A stretch of DNA of 64,000 bases from a virus. The stretch's first letter is position 1. Every line of letters starts with the position of its first letter. Under the pieces are notes generated by a model. The model was given only the letters and a program-made list of their open reading frames with translations. It ran no database searches and was not told where the DNA came from. Positions 1 through 9,879 of this stretch are shown here, one piece after another. The stretch lies in IMG/VR virus record IMGVR_UViG_3300035696_000014, positions 63,192-127,191 of that record; one strand, given 5' to 3'. Made by a program: the position numbers and the translations under genes.

Positions 1-1851
1 CGATGCCCACGCCAGCTTCAGGCTGCCCTGCAGGCGGTTCTTGTTGACGCCGCTGGCGTTGTCGTTGGTGATGGCGTCCATCTGCGACGTACGAGGGGTC
101 GGACCCGTGTTGTCGACGTAGCTCTTGTTCAGGGTCAGGATCTGGTCGCCCAGCATCGCCCAGATGTTGATGGCAGCGACCACCTTCGACGACCTGATGG
201 TGTCGATCATCGACAGGATGGCGTTGATGACGTTCATCGGGTTGCCGCCGATCTTGGACAGCGACTGGCCGATGATGACGAAGCCCCTGATGATGGTCCT
301 CGACACGGTGACCAGGTAGCCTGGTGAGTCGGTCGACGAGCTCGGGCCCAGGCTGAAGCCGATGCTGAAGCCCCCGCCGGAGGGCTGGGGCAGGCCGTAG
401 AACGCGGCGAGCCCCGAGTTCATCGCGGTCTGCAACGGGTACACCGTCGGGTTGATGCCCAGCAACGCCCCGAAGTTGAGCGAAGCCAGGGCGCTGATGG
501 CACCCAGGGGACCGCCGCTGGTCGAAGCGTTGGGCGGCTTGCTGGTCGGGAAGTACTGGCCCAGGGTGTAGCGGCCCTGGCTGTCCTTCATCGCCGTCTT
601 CGTCTGCGGCGTCACCATGCCCAGCAGGATCGCCAGCAGGCCGATGATGACCTGGACCGCGGCGACCAGTGCCAGCATCAGGGTCAGCATGCCCAGGGCG
701 TCGGTGCCGTCGAACGGGTCGTTGACGTCGTTGAGCTGGCCCCATGACTGGGTGCCGATGCTGAGGGTCGTCGCAGAACCGGTGACGTCATCGCTGGTCA
801 GGCTCGTCAGGATGTCCTTGGCCTGCAGAACGTGTTGGTCGATCGTCGCTGCACCCAGCTGTGCGAAGCCGGGCAGCAACGCTGCCGCTTCCAGGCCCGC
901 TGAGTTCGGGTCAGCGCCCGCTGAGGTGGCGCCCAGGGTCGTCGTTGCCCGGAGGCCCAACAACGGGCCGATGGTGGCCAGGCGGCCGACGGTGTAGGTC
1001 TGCGCGTTCGGGTCCCACTCGCCCAGCTTGCTCTGCACCGACAACGCGGGGTCGTAGTTGGTCCCGGGGTCGCTGACGTCGGTCACCTGAGCGAACGCCG
1101 CCGCAGCGCTGGTGAAGCGGTTGTTGGCCAGCACCGCGCTGGTGTACGGGTTGATGATCTTGGCCGAGGTGTCAGCGTGGCCGGGCAAGGGAGCCTTGGT
1201 CGCCGGTGCATCGCCCGTCAGGTTGCTCGGGTTGCTGGAGACTGACGTCGAGGTGCCGGTGACGCCCGCGAGCAGGTCGTTGCCGTCGACCCCGCTGCTC
1301 GCTGCGATGCCCTTCTTGATCAGCGACTGGATCGTTGGGTACTGCGCCGACGGGTAGTCGAAGTTCGCCTCAGCGTTGCCAGCGAACGTGGCTGGATTCT
1401 GCGGCGGGGACTCCAACGGCGAAGGGTTGCCCTTCGAATCGACAAGGGAAGTCACCTTGTCGGTGGTGCCGTCGCCGACCGGGTACCTGTTGGGCAGCGG
1501 CGGTGCCTGTCCCGGGCCCGCGCCCTCTTGGCCCATCGTCAGCCGCGACAGATACTGTGCCAGCGTCGTCAGCGTGGCAGGCTTGATGTCGAGCGGGTTG
1601 CCGTTCTGGTCAGTGAACGCTGCCGACACGTCGACGCCCTGCTTGTAGTTGCCCTGACTACCGCCAGAGCCACCAGAGCCCGTGTCATAGGTGAACTTCT
1701 GGGGAGCACCGTTGCCAGGCACCGTCAGCGGGAAGCCGTTGTCACCCGTGTTGAGGCCCGACCCTGCGTTGGGCGCGGCGTTGGGCGGCGTCACCTGTGG
1801 GGTGATCGTCGTCGGGGCTCCGCTGTTGACGATGGGCTTCTTGTTCGCCAT
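1..1851 (-). CDS. Large virion/tail-associated protein downstream of tape measure; runs off the window edge
   Basis: Not in the ORF track because there is no stop inside the window. ATG at 1851 opens a frame read by hand to position 1 (MANKKPIVNSGAPTTITPQ...LGMLTLMLALVAAVQVIIGLLAILLGMV...). TACTTA motif upstream at 1895-1900. Confidence 0.75.
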   Translation of the reverse strand, partial: MANKKPIVNSGAPTTITPQVTPPNAAPNAGSGLNTGDNGFPLTVPGNGAPQKFTYDTGSGGSGGSQGNYKQGVDVSAAFTDQNGNPLDIKPATLTTLAQYLSRLTMGQEGAGPGQAPPLPNRYPVGDGTTDKVTSLVDSKGNPSPLESPPQNPATFAGNAEANFDYPSAQYPTIQSLIKKGIAASSGVDGNDLLAGVTGTSTSVSSNPSNLTGDAPATKAPLPGHADTSAKIINPYTSAVLANNRFTSAAAAFAQVTDVSDPGTNYDPALSVQSKLGEWDPNAQTYTVGRLATIGPLLGLRATTTLGATSAGADPNSAGLEAAALLPGFAQLGAATIDQHVLQAKDILTSLTSDDVTGSATTLSIGTQSWGQLNDVNDPFDGTDALGMLTLMLALVAAVQVIIGLLAILLGMVTPQTKTAMKDSQGRYTLGQYFPTSKPPNASTSGGPLGAISALASLNFGALLGINPTVYPLQTAMNSGLAAFYGLPQPSGGGFSIGFSLGPSSSTDSPGYLVTVSRTIIRGFVIIGQSLSKIGGNPMNVINAILSMIDTIRSSKVVAAINIWAMLGDQILTLNKSYVDNTGPTPRTSQMDAITNDNASGVNKNRLQGSLKLAWAS

Positions 1852-1856
1852 GGGAC

Positions 1857-2129
1857 TCAGATCGAGCCAGAAACTGGTGCCTTGCTCGCGTCCTTAAGTA
1901 CGTCCTGCCGCTCAGCCAGAGCCCTCCCAAGTTTGATGGGGAACTCCGGGTCCTGCTCCACAGCGTCGGAGAGCTGCTGGAACAGCGGGGTGAAGTTGCC
2001 GAGGAACCCCTCGACGATCCGCTGGATATTCTTCCTCTCCTCGGGCGTCCGGGCACGGCCCAGGGCCTCGCGGTACTGCGGGTTGTCCCTCAACATCTTG
2101 AGGACATCGTTACGGGTGGGGGCGCTCAT
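1857..2129 (-). CDS. Hypothetical protein, 90 aa
   Basis: ATGA overlap with the tape measure stop; plausible helical protein. Confidence 0.75.
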   Translation of the reverse strand: MSAPTRNDVLKMLRDNPQYREALGRARTPEERKNIQRIVEGFLGNFTPLFQQLSDAVEQDPEFPIKLGRALAERQDVLKDASKAPVSGSI

Positions 2130-5100
2130 GACTTGCCTGCCGATGCCGGGATGGCGGGCGGTCCAGCCGGAGTGTAGCTGGTCAGCGGCGCGGACAGCTT
2201 GCCGTTCGGGTCTCGGACCGTCGCAAAGTCGATGCGATCCGCGATGATCGATTGCTTCCTCAGGATCATCACCTTCTCGACCTCCCCAACATCCATTGTA
2301 ACCTCGACGTTCAGGGTGATCTGCACTGCCTTGCTCGGGTTGACGGTGTAGGAGGTCTTGCCGCCGAGGCCCACAGCCTGGGCAACCTTCTCCAACCGTG
2401 CCTTGACGCTGACGATGTTGTCGCTGGACGCCAGGGCATCGTTCAGGGCGTTGGCCTGCTCGATCATTGCGCTAATCGCCGTCAGGGCCCCGACGACACC
2501 GCCCTTGCCACCCTCGCCGCCCTTGATTGCATCAGCCAGGGCCGTCATGTTGTTGCCAAAGGACGCCATGCTGGCGGGGTTGATGGGACCCAGCTGCTTC
2601 TGGACGTCGCTAACGACGCCGAAGCCCGCGACCAGCGTCTTCGTCATGTCCCCCAACGAAGCGGTGTTGATCACCGGTACGTCGCCGCCTCCCTTGAGGT
2701 TGTCACCGATGGCACGGGTCGCGTCGACCGATGCCTTCAGCACTTCGGCTCCCGCCTTCAGGCCCTCCAGCTGGCTGGCGTCGAGGCCCTTGGTCTGGTC
2801 AAGGACGCCCTTCAGGACGCCCGTCGTCAGCATGGGGAGCAACGTCGAGAGCTTGTCGCCCAGCAGGCCCATCGTCTTGGCCATGGCGTCGGTGTCCAGC
2901 TTCTCAACCTTGCCGCCGAGCAGGTTGAAGCTGCCGACGTTGATGAGGCCGGTGTTGACCGTCGAGGTGAAGGCTTTCATGGTGTCGCCCGACGGGATGA
3001 TGTTCTTCATCACGCTGGAGATGGCCGAGATGAGCTGACCCGCGACAGTGGCCTGCTTGGCCTCCTCTTCGGAGAACGGGATCGCCTTCAGCTGGTTGAT
3101 GATGTCGATGATGCCGCCCTTGCCGCCCTTGTCACCAAGGATCATCGTCATGATGCCGTCACGCATCTTCATCGCGTAGTAGTTGACGTCGGTCGCCAGG
3201 TCAGTGAAGGGCTTGCCACCGCTGAGCTGCACCAGGAAGCTGGAGCCCGCTTCGAAGAACTCAGGGGGCGGCGTCATCGCCGTCATCGCCTGGGACACCG
3301 CGGTCATGATGGAGCTGAAGACCTGCGCCTTCTCGGCGATGCCCTGGCCCAGTTGCAGCTTCTTGACGCTGTCCAGCACCGTCTCGACGAGGCCGATGAT
3401 GCCCTTGCCCCCGCCCTTGTTGCCGATCATGTCGTTGATCAGGCCCCGAGCCGCGGTGACCTTGTCGCTGAAGGACTCTGCCTTGCCGCTCAGCAGCTCG
3501 GTGAACGACGGCGTCATCAGGCCGATGACCTTCACGATGGTGTCAGCAAAGGCCTGGATCGACTGCATGATCTTGAGGAAGGCGTCGATCTTCCGCTGGA
3601 AGTCCGGCGTCACCTGCATCTCGTTGAGCTCTTTGACGATGCCCATCGCCACGGTGGCCATGCCACCGACAGCAGCGACCAGTACTCCGAAGCCCGCTGC
3701 AGCGAGGCCCAAGACGATGGCCTGGGGACCTGTCACCAGGGCGCCGATGACAGCCGCAGCGGCGATCAGCGGGACCATCGCTAGGAACGTCAGGGACATC
3801 TTCAGCATCATGTCGCCCGCCGCCGACAGCTCAGCCGGCGTTGCGGCCTTCTTCATCACGTAGGACAGGCCTGCGCCGACGAGGCCCACGATGCCGACCG
3901 CGGTCGACAGCACCAGGCCTCCCAGCAGCATGTCCTTGACGCTGCCCGCCTTGCTGACGATGCGGAGGGCCGCTGCCATCGGGATCGCCGCGACGACCAT
4001 CGCGCCCAGCACCATCAGGGGAGCGACCACGTCCTTGGGGCCCATGTCGCCCATGATCTTCTTCATGGCCACGATGGCCAGCGCCATCTCAACGCCACCG
4101 ATGGCCAACGCAGTCGCGATGGCGACTAGCTTGGCACCCAGGGCCACGGCGTCCTTGATGCCCCAGCCCTTGCCGTTCTTGATGGCAGCGTCAGACTCCT
4201 TGGTGACAGCGCTAACCTGCTGCATGCCCTTGGCACCGCCGGTCGCCGCCTGCGCTGCCTCTTCGACCTTCGCGGCCTTGCCGACCAGGCCACCCAGCAG
4301 CTTGCCCGCGCCGGACAGCAGGCCGGGCACCACGATCTTCAGGAGGGTTGAGGTCAGGGCACCCAAGGCGGCACGGCCGAAGGCTGGACCGAACAGCAAC
4401 GCCGCCAGGCCACCCAAGACGGGCTTCGCTGCGCCGGCGATGGCGTCCTTGTGCTTCTTCAGCATCTCGACGAACTTCTCGCCCAGCGTCTTGACCAGGT
4501 CCCACAGGGCGGGCGCCATCACCTGCCACGCTTCCTTCAGCGCCGCAACGATGGGCGTCAGGATCTCCTTCATGAAGCCGAGGCCGCCCGCTGCGGCACC
4601 GCCGACGGCGCCCACGCCGGGGATGGGCTCCTTGCCCTGGATCATGTTGGTGATGGAGCGGAAGCCCTCGGCCAGCGACTTGGCGACGAACTTGATGCCC
4701 TCCGCGGCGAACTTGGCGGCGAAGCGGAAGAACTTCTTGAAGCCGTCGAGCAGCTGCTTGGCACCCGCGCCCTCAGCGTTGAAGAAGTTCTTGAAGGTGT
4801 CCTTCAGGCCCGCCACCAGCGCCGGGATCGATCCCTTGACCGGATGCTTCGGGTCGTCGCCCTTGCCGAAGAACTTCTCGACGACCTTCCTGACGCCGTC
4901 GAACAGGCTGGTGATCTTCTTGGGGTCGAACAGCTTGTTGAGGGCGACGCCGATGTCCTTCAGGCCCGGCACGATCTCGACCAGGGCACGGCCCAGCTGG
5001 ACGCCGATCATGAAGACCTGGCGCAGGGCGATGCGGATCTTGTACATGATGCCGACGAACTCCTTCGACGACATGATGCCCTGTCCGATGCCCTTGACGA

Positions 5101-6556
5101 ACATCTTCCAGAAGCCGCCCTCGAGGCCACCGCCTGACTGCACCATGCGCTCGATGGCGTCAGCCAGCTTCTGCATCGCCTCAGCCTGTGACAGGGTCTT
5201 CTTCTCAGCGGCGCCGCTCGCCTTCTTGACATCAGCCAGGGTCTTGCTCTGGTTCTTCATCGCGAAGGCGTTGTTGATGGCCTCATCGGTCAGGCCGGTG
5301 TTGTCCTTGATCAGCTTGCGCTGGACGGCGTTGAGGTGGGCACCGTCGATGCCTGCCTGCTTGAAGCCCTTCCGCAGGAGCTCCAACGACTTGCCGACGT
5401 CGCCCTCAGCCGACGCCTTCATCATGCCCATGACGTCGATGTTGGCACCGAAGGCCTGCTGCAGCTTGGCAGCGTGCTCGGCAGCATCATCGAACGACTG
5501 GAAGGTGTCCAAGGTGCCCGTGATGTCCTTGAACTCGAGGCCCAACCTGTGGGCCTGAGCGACCGACTCTGCCAGCACCTTGGTCGACGTGGAGCCGAAG
5601 TGGCCCATGTCCTTCATGGCGTCGCCCATGTCCCGGGAGATGACCTTGGCATCGAGGCCGAAGGCATCGCCGAGCTCGTACGAGAACTTGACCATGTCCT
5701 TCAGGGTGCTGCCCGACGTCTTGCCGAGCGCAGCGCTCTTGAGGGAGACGGCCTTCATCGCTTCGCCCGACAGGCCGAGGCCCTTCTGGTACGCCAGGAT
5801 CGCGCCGCCGTTCTCCTCCATCTCCTTGCGGAGCAGCAGGAACGACCGGCCCATCTCGTTGGCCAGCTTCTGGATGTACTCCAGGCGTTGAGCCATGTTG
5901 CCGAAGACGCGCCAGGTGCTGAGGCCGGTGTCCTTGAAGCCTGTCATCGACTTCGTGGTGTCGATGATGGCCTTGTTGGTCGGGCCGTAGAAGGCGCCGA
6001 ACTCCTTGCGCAGGTTCTCCAACGCCTGCATCAGCTCGTTGCTGCCACCCGCGCCTTGGGCGGCCATGTCGATCAGGCCGCTGAAGATCTTGAGCGGGAT
6101 GGCCAGGATCGACGCGGTGATGCTGCCGATGCCGCTGACGAAGGAGCTGATGAAGCCGCCGACGCCCTTGGTCAGAGCGACGGTGTTCTTCAGGCCCTGG
6201 TAGAAGCCCGTCAACGCCGCGGTGCCGACCGCCACCGACTTGGGGAACTTGCCAGCGAAGTTCTTGCCCGTCTCATCCAGCTTCTTGCCCAGCTTCTTGA
6301 AGGTGCTCTCGCTGGCCTTGCCCGACTCGTCGAGCTTGCCAGTGAAGTCCTTCAGTGCTGTGTTCAGCGCCTGGATGCCCTGGACGCTGCCCTGGACGTT
6401 GAGTTGACCCAACGCCTGTGCGATCTGCGTCAGCGTCTGCTGTTGCGCGCTGTACGAGCCCTCGAGCTTCTCGGCAGCAGCGGCCATACGCTCGACCTGT
6501 GCGGCGAGCTTGGTCGTGAGGCCTAGCTGTTCGGAGAGTTCTTCCTTTGAGGGCAC
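2126..6556 (-). CDS. Tail tape measure protein, 1476 aa
   Basis: Long Ala/Gly/Leu/Lys-rich helical protein with hydrophobic segments, lying downstream of tube and chaperone genes. Confidence 0.85.
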   Translation of the reverse strand: MPSKEELSEQLGLTTKLAAQVERMAAAAEKLEGSYSAQQQTLTQIAQALGQLNVQGSVQGIQALNTALKDFTGKLDESGKASESTFKKLGKKLDETGKNFAGKFPKSVAVGTAALTGFYQGLKNTVALTKGVGGFISSFVSGIGSITASILAIPLKIFSGLIDMAAQGAGGSNELMQALENLRKEFGAFYGPTNKAIIDTTKSMTGFKDTGLSTWRVFGNMAQRLEYIQKLANEMGRSFLLLRKEMEENGGAILAYQKGLGLSGEAMKAVSLKSAALGKTSGSTLKDMVKFSYELGDAFGLDAKVISRDMGDAMKDMGHFGSTSTKVLAESVAQAHRLGLEFKDITGTLDTFQSFDDAAEHAAKLQQAFGANIDVMGMMKASAEGDVGKSLELLRKGFKQAGIDGAHLNAVQRKLIKDNTGLTDEAINNAFAMKNQSKTLADVKKASGAAEKKTLSQAEAMQKLADAIERMVQSGGGLEGGFWKMFVKGIGQGIMSSKEFVGIMYKIRIALRQVFMIGVQLGRALVEIVPGLKDIGVALNKLFDPKKITSLFDGVRKVVEKFFGKGDDPKHPVKGSIPALVAGLKDTFKNFFNAEGAGAKQLLDGFKKFFRFAAKFAAEGIKFVAKSLAEGFRSITNMIQGKEPIPGVGAVGGAAAGGLGFMKEILTPIVAALKEAWQVMAPALWDLVKTLGEKFVEMLKKHKDAIAGAAKPVLGGLAALLFGPAFGRAALGALTSTLLKIVVPGLLSGAGKLLGGLVGKAAKVEEAAQAATGGAKGMQQVSAVTKESDAAIKNGKGWGIKDAVALGAKLVAIATALAIGGVEMALAIVAMKKIMGDMGPKDVVAPLMVLGAMVVAAIPMAAALRIVSKAGSVKDMLLGGLVLSTAVGIVGLVGAGLSYVMKKAATPAELSAAGDMMLKMSLTFLAMVPLIAAAAVIGALVTGPQAIVLGLAAAGFGVLVAAVGGMATVAMGIVKELNEMQVTPDFQRKIDAFLKIMQSIQAFADTIVKVIGLMTPSFTELLSGKAESFSDKVTAARGLINDMIGNKGGGKGIIGLVETVLDSVKKLQLGQGIAEKAQVFSSIMTAVSQAMTAMTPPPEFFEAGSSFLVQLSGGKPFTDLATDVNYYAMKMRDGIMTMILGDKGGKGGIIDIINQLKAIPFSEEEAKQATVAGQLISAISSVMKNIIPSGDTMKAFTSTVNTGLINVGSFNLLGGKVEKLDTDAMAKTMGLLGDKLSTLLPMLTTGVLKGVLDQTKGLDASQLEGLKAGAEVLKASVDATRAIGDNLKGGGDVPVINTASLGDMTKTLVAGFGVVSDVQKQLGPINPASMASFGNNMTALADAIKGGEGGKGGVVGALTAISAMIEQANALNDALASSDNIVSVKARLEKVAQAVGLGGKTSYTVNPSKAVQITLNVEVTMDVGEVEKVMILRKQSIIADRIDFATVRDPNGKLSAPLTSYTPAGPPAIPASAGKS

Positions 6557-6584
6557 GCGTCACCCACCTACGGAGAAACGTATC

Positions 6585-6878
6585 TCAGAGGGGCCACGGG
6601 ACGCCCAAGATCCGCTCAAACTCCCTCGCAGATGCGTGTTTGAGGTCGAGCTTCTGCATGACGCTCTCGACAGTCGCTCCGGGGCGGTTGAGTTCATCCT
6701 GGAACCGTCGTGAGGCCATCAGAGCGTTGGAGACGGCCTGCACCTCGTGTGGAGAGCCCCTGACCTTCATGTTGACGGCCTTGCCGACCAACCAGGCCGC
6801 GGCGGTAACGAAGAAGATCTTCCCGAGCAGATTCAGCTTCAGCTCGTTGATCGGTACCCGAGTGTCGATGTCGCCCAT
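6585..6878 (-). CDS. Hypothetical protein, 97 aa, one hydrophobic segment
   Basis: ORF with TATTTA motif 5 nt before the ATG. Confidence 0.75.
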   Translation of the reverse strand: MGDIDTRVPINELKLNLLGKIFFVTAAAWLVGKAVNMKVRGSPHEVQAVSNALMASRRFQDELNRPGATVESVMQKLDLKHASAREFERILGVPWPL

Positions 6879-6893
6879 GGCCCTAAATAGGCA

Positions 6894-7181
6894 TCACGTG
6901 AACCGCCTGAGGCGGCTCGGTACCTGTGAACGGCCACGGCCCTGCATCGCACGGAGCTCCGGGCTGTTGGTGTGCAGCGCACGGGAGGGGCTGCCGCCCT
7001 CTGGGTCCTCGCCGTTGGGCCCATTCTTGTTGAGCTCTTTGACGATCCGCTCGATCCACCATCGTTTGATGGGAACCGGGAGATTGTAGGCCTCACCGGC
7101 CGTCAGCCCGCCGTAGTAGGTCAGCAGGAAGCAGGGCTCCCAGATCAACTGTTCCTTATCGGCCGGCGTTAGGCCAAAGAA
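6894..7181 (-). CDS. Tail assembly chaperone second frame (gpT-like / T4 gp51-like), probably reached by frameshift
   Basis: Reads FFGLTPADKEQLIWEPCFLLTYYGGLTAGEAYNLPVPIKRWWIERIVKE. It overlaps the end of the upstream chaperone in the +1 frame and has no ATG after the overlap. Confidence 0.65.
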   Translation of the reverse strand, partial: FFGLTPADKEQLIWEPCFLLTYYGGLTAGEAYNLPVPIKRWWIERIVKELNKNGPNGEDPEGGSPSRALHTNSPELRAMQGRGRSQVPSRLRRFT

Positions 7182-8049
7182 AGTTGACCCCGATCGGCAT
7201 CGAGACCTCCTCCTCGTGGCCACACTGAGGACACGACACCTCTTGGCGCATGATGATGCCGGGCTCGTTGTCCCGGATGTAGTTGCGCAACGCCAGGGAG
7301 TCACGGGCGGGCATCAGGCGAACGAAGCCCGCGATCTTGCCGCGGTCCTCGATGCCGTCGACGGACTGGATGCTGTAGAGCAGGTTCGTCGTCACTGTGG
7401 ACTCCGACTGCGTCAGCGCCAGCTTCTTCTGCTTCTCCTGTGTGGCGAGGATCGTCTCCTCGTCGTGGCCCGTCAGGAACTTGAACCTGACAACCTTCTG
7501 GCAATAGGGCAGCTTGAACTCGAAGAGGTTCAACCCCGGGGACACGGGTTCAATCCCCAGGCGCCGGATCGGCAGCTGGCCCAGGTTGAAGGTGCGGTTG
7601 GCCTTGGAGGCGCAGTCGGTGTTGCTGCACTCCAGCTCGGCGTCGTACTCGGGCCCGTAGCCAGTGATGCGGATGGCAACCATCAGAGCGTTGCGGTCAC
7701 CCATCAGCATGTCGCCCGGGTCGATGGCCTTGTTGACGAGGCACGACTTGATCAGTTCGGTGATGACGGTGCCCTTCTTCAGGTACGCTCGGCTCGTCAG
7801 GATGTCCTCCTCACGGGCTGTCATCGCTCGGATCTCAACGACCTCTTTGCCGTGCAGCGGTGACGCTGTCGGGTAGACGCGGCCACCGGACGGGAGCGGC
7901 ACCGTCTCCACCGGGATCTCGATCCCGAAGTCGGCCTTGAACTTGTCGGCCTGTGACAGTGCTTGGATGCCGGCCTGGACGGCCTGCGCGGGGGCCGGCT
8001 GCTCGCCGGCCTTGAAGACTTGGTTACGCTGTTCGCGTTCCTCAGACAT
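7156..8049 (-). CDS. Tail assembly chaperone / baseplate hub assembly protein (T4 gp26-like), 297 aa
   Basis: VPLPSGGRVYP and IRAMTAREEDIL motifs, two Cys pairs (CSNTDC, CPQC), C-terminal NFLWP; lies between tube and tape measure. Confidence 0.75.
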   Translation of the reverse strand: MSEEREQRNQVFKAGEQPAPAQAVQAGIQALSQADKFKADFGIEIPVETVPLPSGGRVYPTASPLHGKEVVEIRAMTAREEDILTSRAYLKKGTVITELIKSCLVNKAIDPGDMLMGDRNALMVAIRITGYGPEYDAELECSNTDCASKANRTFNLGQLPIRRLGIEPVSPGLNLFEFKLPYCQKVVRFKFLTGHDEETILATQEKQKKLALTQSESTVTTNLLYSIQSVDGIEDRGKIAGFVRLMPARDSLALRNYIRDNEPGIIMRQEVSCPQCGHEEEVSMPIGVNFLWPNAGR

Positions 8050-8126
8050 TGTGACTCCTAATGATCAGAAGGTACTCTCCTGCCACCAGAGCGTAAATGA
8101 TACCCTCCCGAGATCGTGGGCTGTTT

Positions 8127-8333
8127 TCAGCACTTGAACAGCAGCGACGCATGCTTCTTTTCTTGCGTCCACCGTTTGTCGACCTCGTCAGCGAACTCTT
8201 CCCAGGTCCAACCGGCGAAATCGACCAGCTCGTTCCACTCGTCGATGTAGCCGGTGATGTCGAGCTTCCCGCTGGCATAGTCGTCAGTGAGCCCATCGAG
8301 CAACGCTTCGAGCTGGGACCACGACAGCTTCAT
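8127..8333 (-). CDS. Hypothetical protein, 68 aa, acidic and Trp-rich
   Basis: ORF track; same orientation as neighbours. Confidence 0.65.
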   Translation of the reverse strand: MKLSWSQLEALLDGLTDDYASGKLDITGYIDEWNELVDFAGWTWEEFADEVDKRWTQEKKHASLLFKC

Positions 8334-8348
8334 GGGCCGATCATACCC

Positions 8349-8696
8349 TCACCAACGCGCTTTTGCAGGGGTCGGTTCTTCGACCAACCGCCATACGTTG
8401 GCATCGCTCCTGAACCCTTGCTGCTTCTTCTCTTCGGGGGTCAACGGGACGACCACGTTGTGGTCTTGCAACGTCTCCAGCATCTGTTGCGTCCGGTCCA
8501 ACGACCACCCGATGAACAGCGAGATGGCGCCCAAGTACGTGGGGCAGGCAACCCTATGCAGGTAGCCCACGATTATCTCGAGGGCGGCCTGTGGGGGCTG
8601 TTTTCCTTCCCTGAGCCATGATGCCATGAGCCCGACCATCCTCCCAGCGCCGGAGAGCGCGCCGCTGATACGTAGGTTCATCGACGAGGTCAGCAT
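8349..8696 (-). CDS. Hypothetical protein, possible winged-helix; start uncertain
   Basis: ORF track; helix-turn-helix-like LGAISLFIGWSLDRTQQMLETL followed by strands. Confidence 0.5.
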   Translation of the reverse strand: MLTSSMNLRISGALSGAGRMVGLMASWLREGKQPPQAALEIIVGYLHRVACPTYLGAISLFIGWSLDRTQQMLETLQDHNVVVPLTPEEKKQQGFRSDANVWRLVEEPTPAKARW

Positions 8697-8714
8697 GTAA
8701 CATGCCCCTTCGTG

Positions 8715-9206
8715 TCAGAGGCTGCCCACGATGTCCCCAAAGAGGTCGGGGCGGGACTTGATCCACTCGTCGGCAGCCGCCGCGAGCTTCTCACCTTCGG
8801 GCGTCAGGTCGTAGAGCACCAGGTTTCCCTTCTTCCCGGCGACCTTGACGAAGCCACGCCGGAGGACGCTGTACCTCGCATGGACGGCGGGGTTCGGCAC
8901 CATGCGTTCAGGAGTCCGGCGGAAGGTGCCGTCAGGGTCCTGGATCATGTGGCCCTGCTCGTTGCGCTCCCAGTCGCTTCGCATGACTGGAGAGGGAGCG
9001 AAGTAGTCGTGGTTGGAGGTCGGCTTGAACTCCTCGGGAGCGTGTCCTTCGAGAGCCGAGACCTTGCGCATGATCTCTTCACGGGGCAGCGGTCGACCGG
9101 CATGAGCGATGACCCAACAGATCATGTGGGTCTTGTCGTCTGGGTGGCTGCGAGTGCCGACTGCCTCAGCCAGGAGATCACGTAGCTCGCGAAGCGTCAG
9201 TCTCAT
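8715..9206 (-). CDS. Hypothetical protein with N-terminal MRLTLRELRDLLAE motif
   Basis: ATG at 9206 lies 5 nt after TACCTA; C-terminal YDLTPEG resembles a winged-helix wing. Confidence 0.7.
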   Translation of the reverse strand: MRLTLRELRDLLAEAVGTRSHPDDKTHMICWVIAHAGRPLPREEIMRKVSALEGHAPEEFKPTSNHDYFAPSPVMRSDWERNEQGHMIQDPDGTFRRTPERMVPNPAVHARYSVLRRGFVKVAGKKGNLVLYDLTPEGEKLAAAADEWIKSRPDLFGDIVGSL

Positions 9207-9239
9207 GGTCATAGGTATCTCACGCGCACCAGAAGCAAC

Positions 9240-9271
9240 AAGCCCCGGACATCGCGAACGAGCCGGGGCTT
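9240..9271 (-). terminator. Putative intrinsic terminator after tail tube gene
   Basis: AAGCCCCGG-N14-CCGGGGCTT inverted repeat followed on the minus strand by GTTGCTTCT (weak U tract). Confidence 0.5.
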
Positions 9272-9344
9272 GAGGGCAGGAACATCGCCATCTACCGGTG
9301 ACAGGAGAAGCGGCGATGCCCGCACCGGGCGGGATTGCCCGGAA

Positions 9345-9833
9345 TCAGAACTGCAGGACTGCGTTGTCGTAGCGCAGGGTCAGCGAGATCTCCGCCAGCG
9401 TGCCGTCCTCGTAGGTCAGCTCGCCGAAGTTGCCTTCCTTGATCCAGGCGCCCTTGATGTCCCAGAGCTCGACGACGGTGCCGACCGGGTCCAGGAGCTT
9501 CATCTGGATGTCACGCTTGTAGAAGTCAGCGTAGCCGGAACGACCGGACACCGACTCGAAGGTCAGGCGGATCCACTCCATGACCTGCTGCGCGCCCGAG
9601 GGTGCGATGGGGTCGTAGAGGGTCACAGCCATCTCGTTGAACTTCGTCAGACCGGCCAGGTACCGACGGGAGTTGATGAACGGGACCTCGACCTCGTCTG
9701 TTGCGATGGTCGGGCGAGCCGTCGTTTTCATGATGTACGCGTCGATGCCCTCGATCATGAGTACCCAGCGGTTCTTCCGCTTGGGCTCAAATTTGTTGGG
9801 CAGCATTGACGTAACGTCGAGTGTCTCAGCCAT
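9345..9833 (-). CDS. Tail tube protein (T4 gp19-like), 162 aa
   Basis: FEPKRKNRW, YDPIAPSGAQQVMEW, YKRDIQMKLLDPVG, W-x-IKGAW; downstream of the sheath genes. Confidence 0.9.
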   Translation of the reverse strand: MAETLDVTSMLPNKFEPKRKNRWVLMIEGIDAYIMKTTARPTIATDEVEVPFINSRRYLAGLTKFNEMAVTLYDPIAPSGAQQVMEWIRLTFESVSGRSGYADFYKRDIQMKLLDPVGTVVELWDIKGAWIKEGNFGELTYEDGTLAEISLTLRYDNAVLQF

Positions 9834-9879
9834 GTCTCTCTCCTGTCACCGGGTTCGATCGTAACTATCCGCTAGTCCC

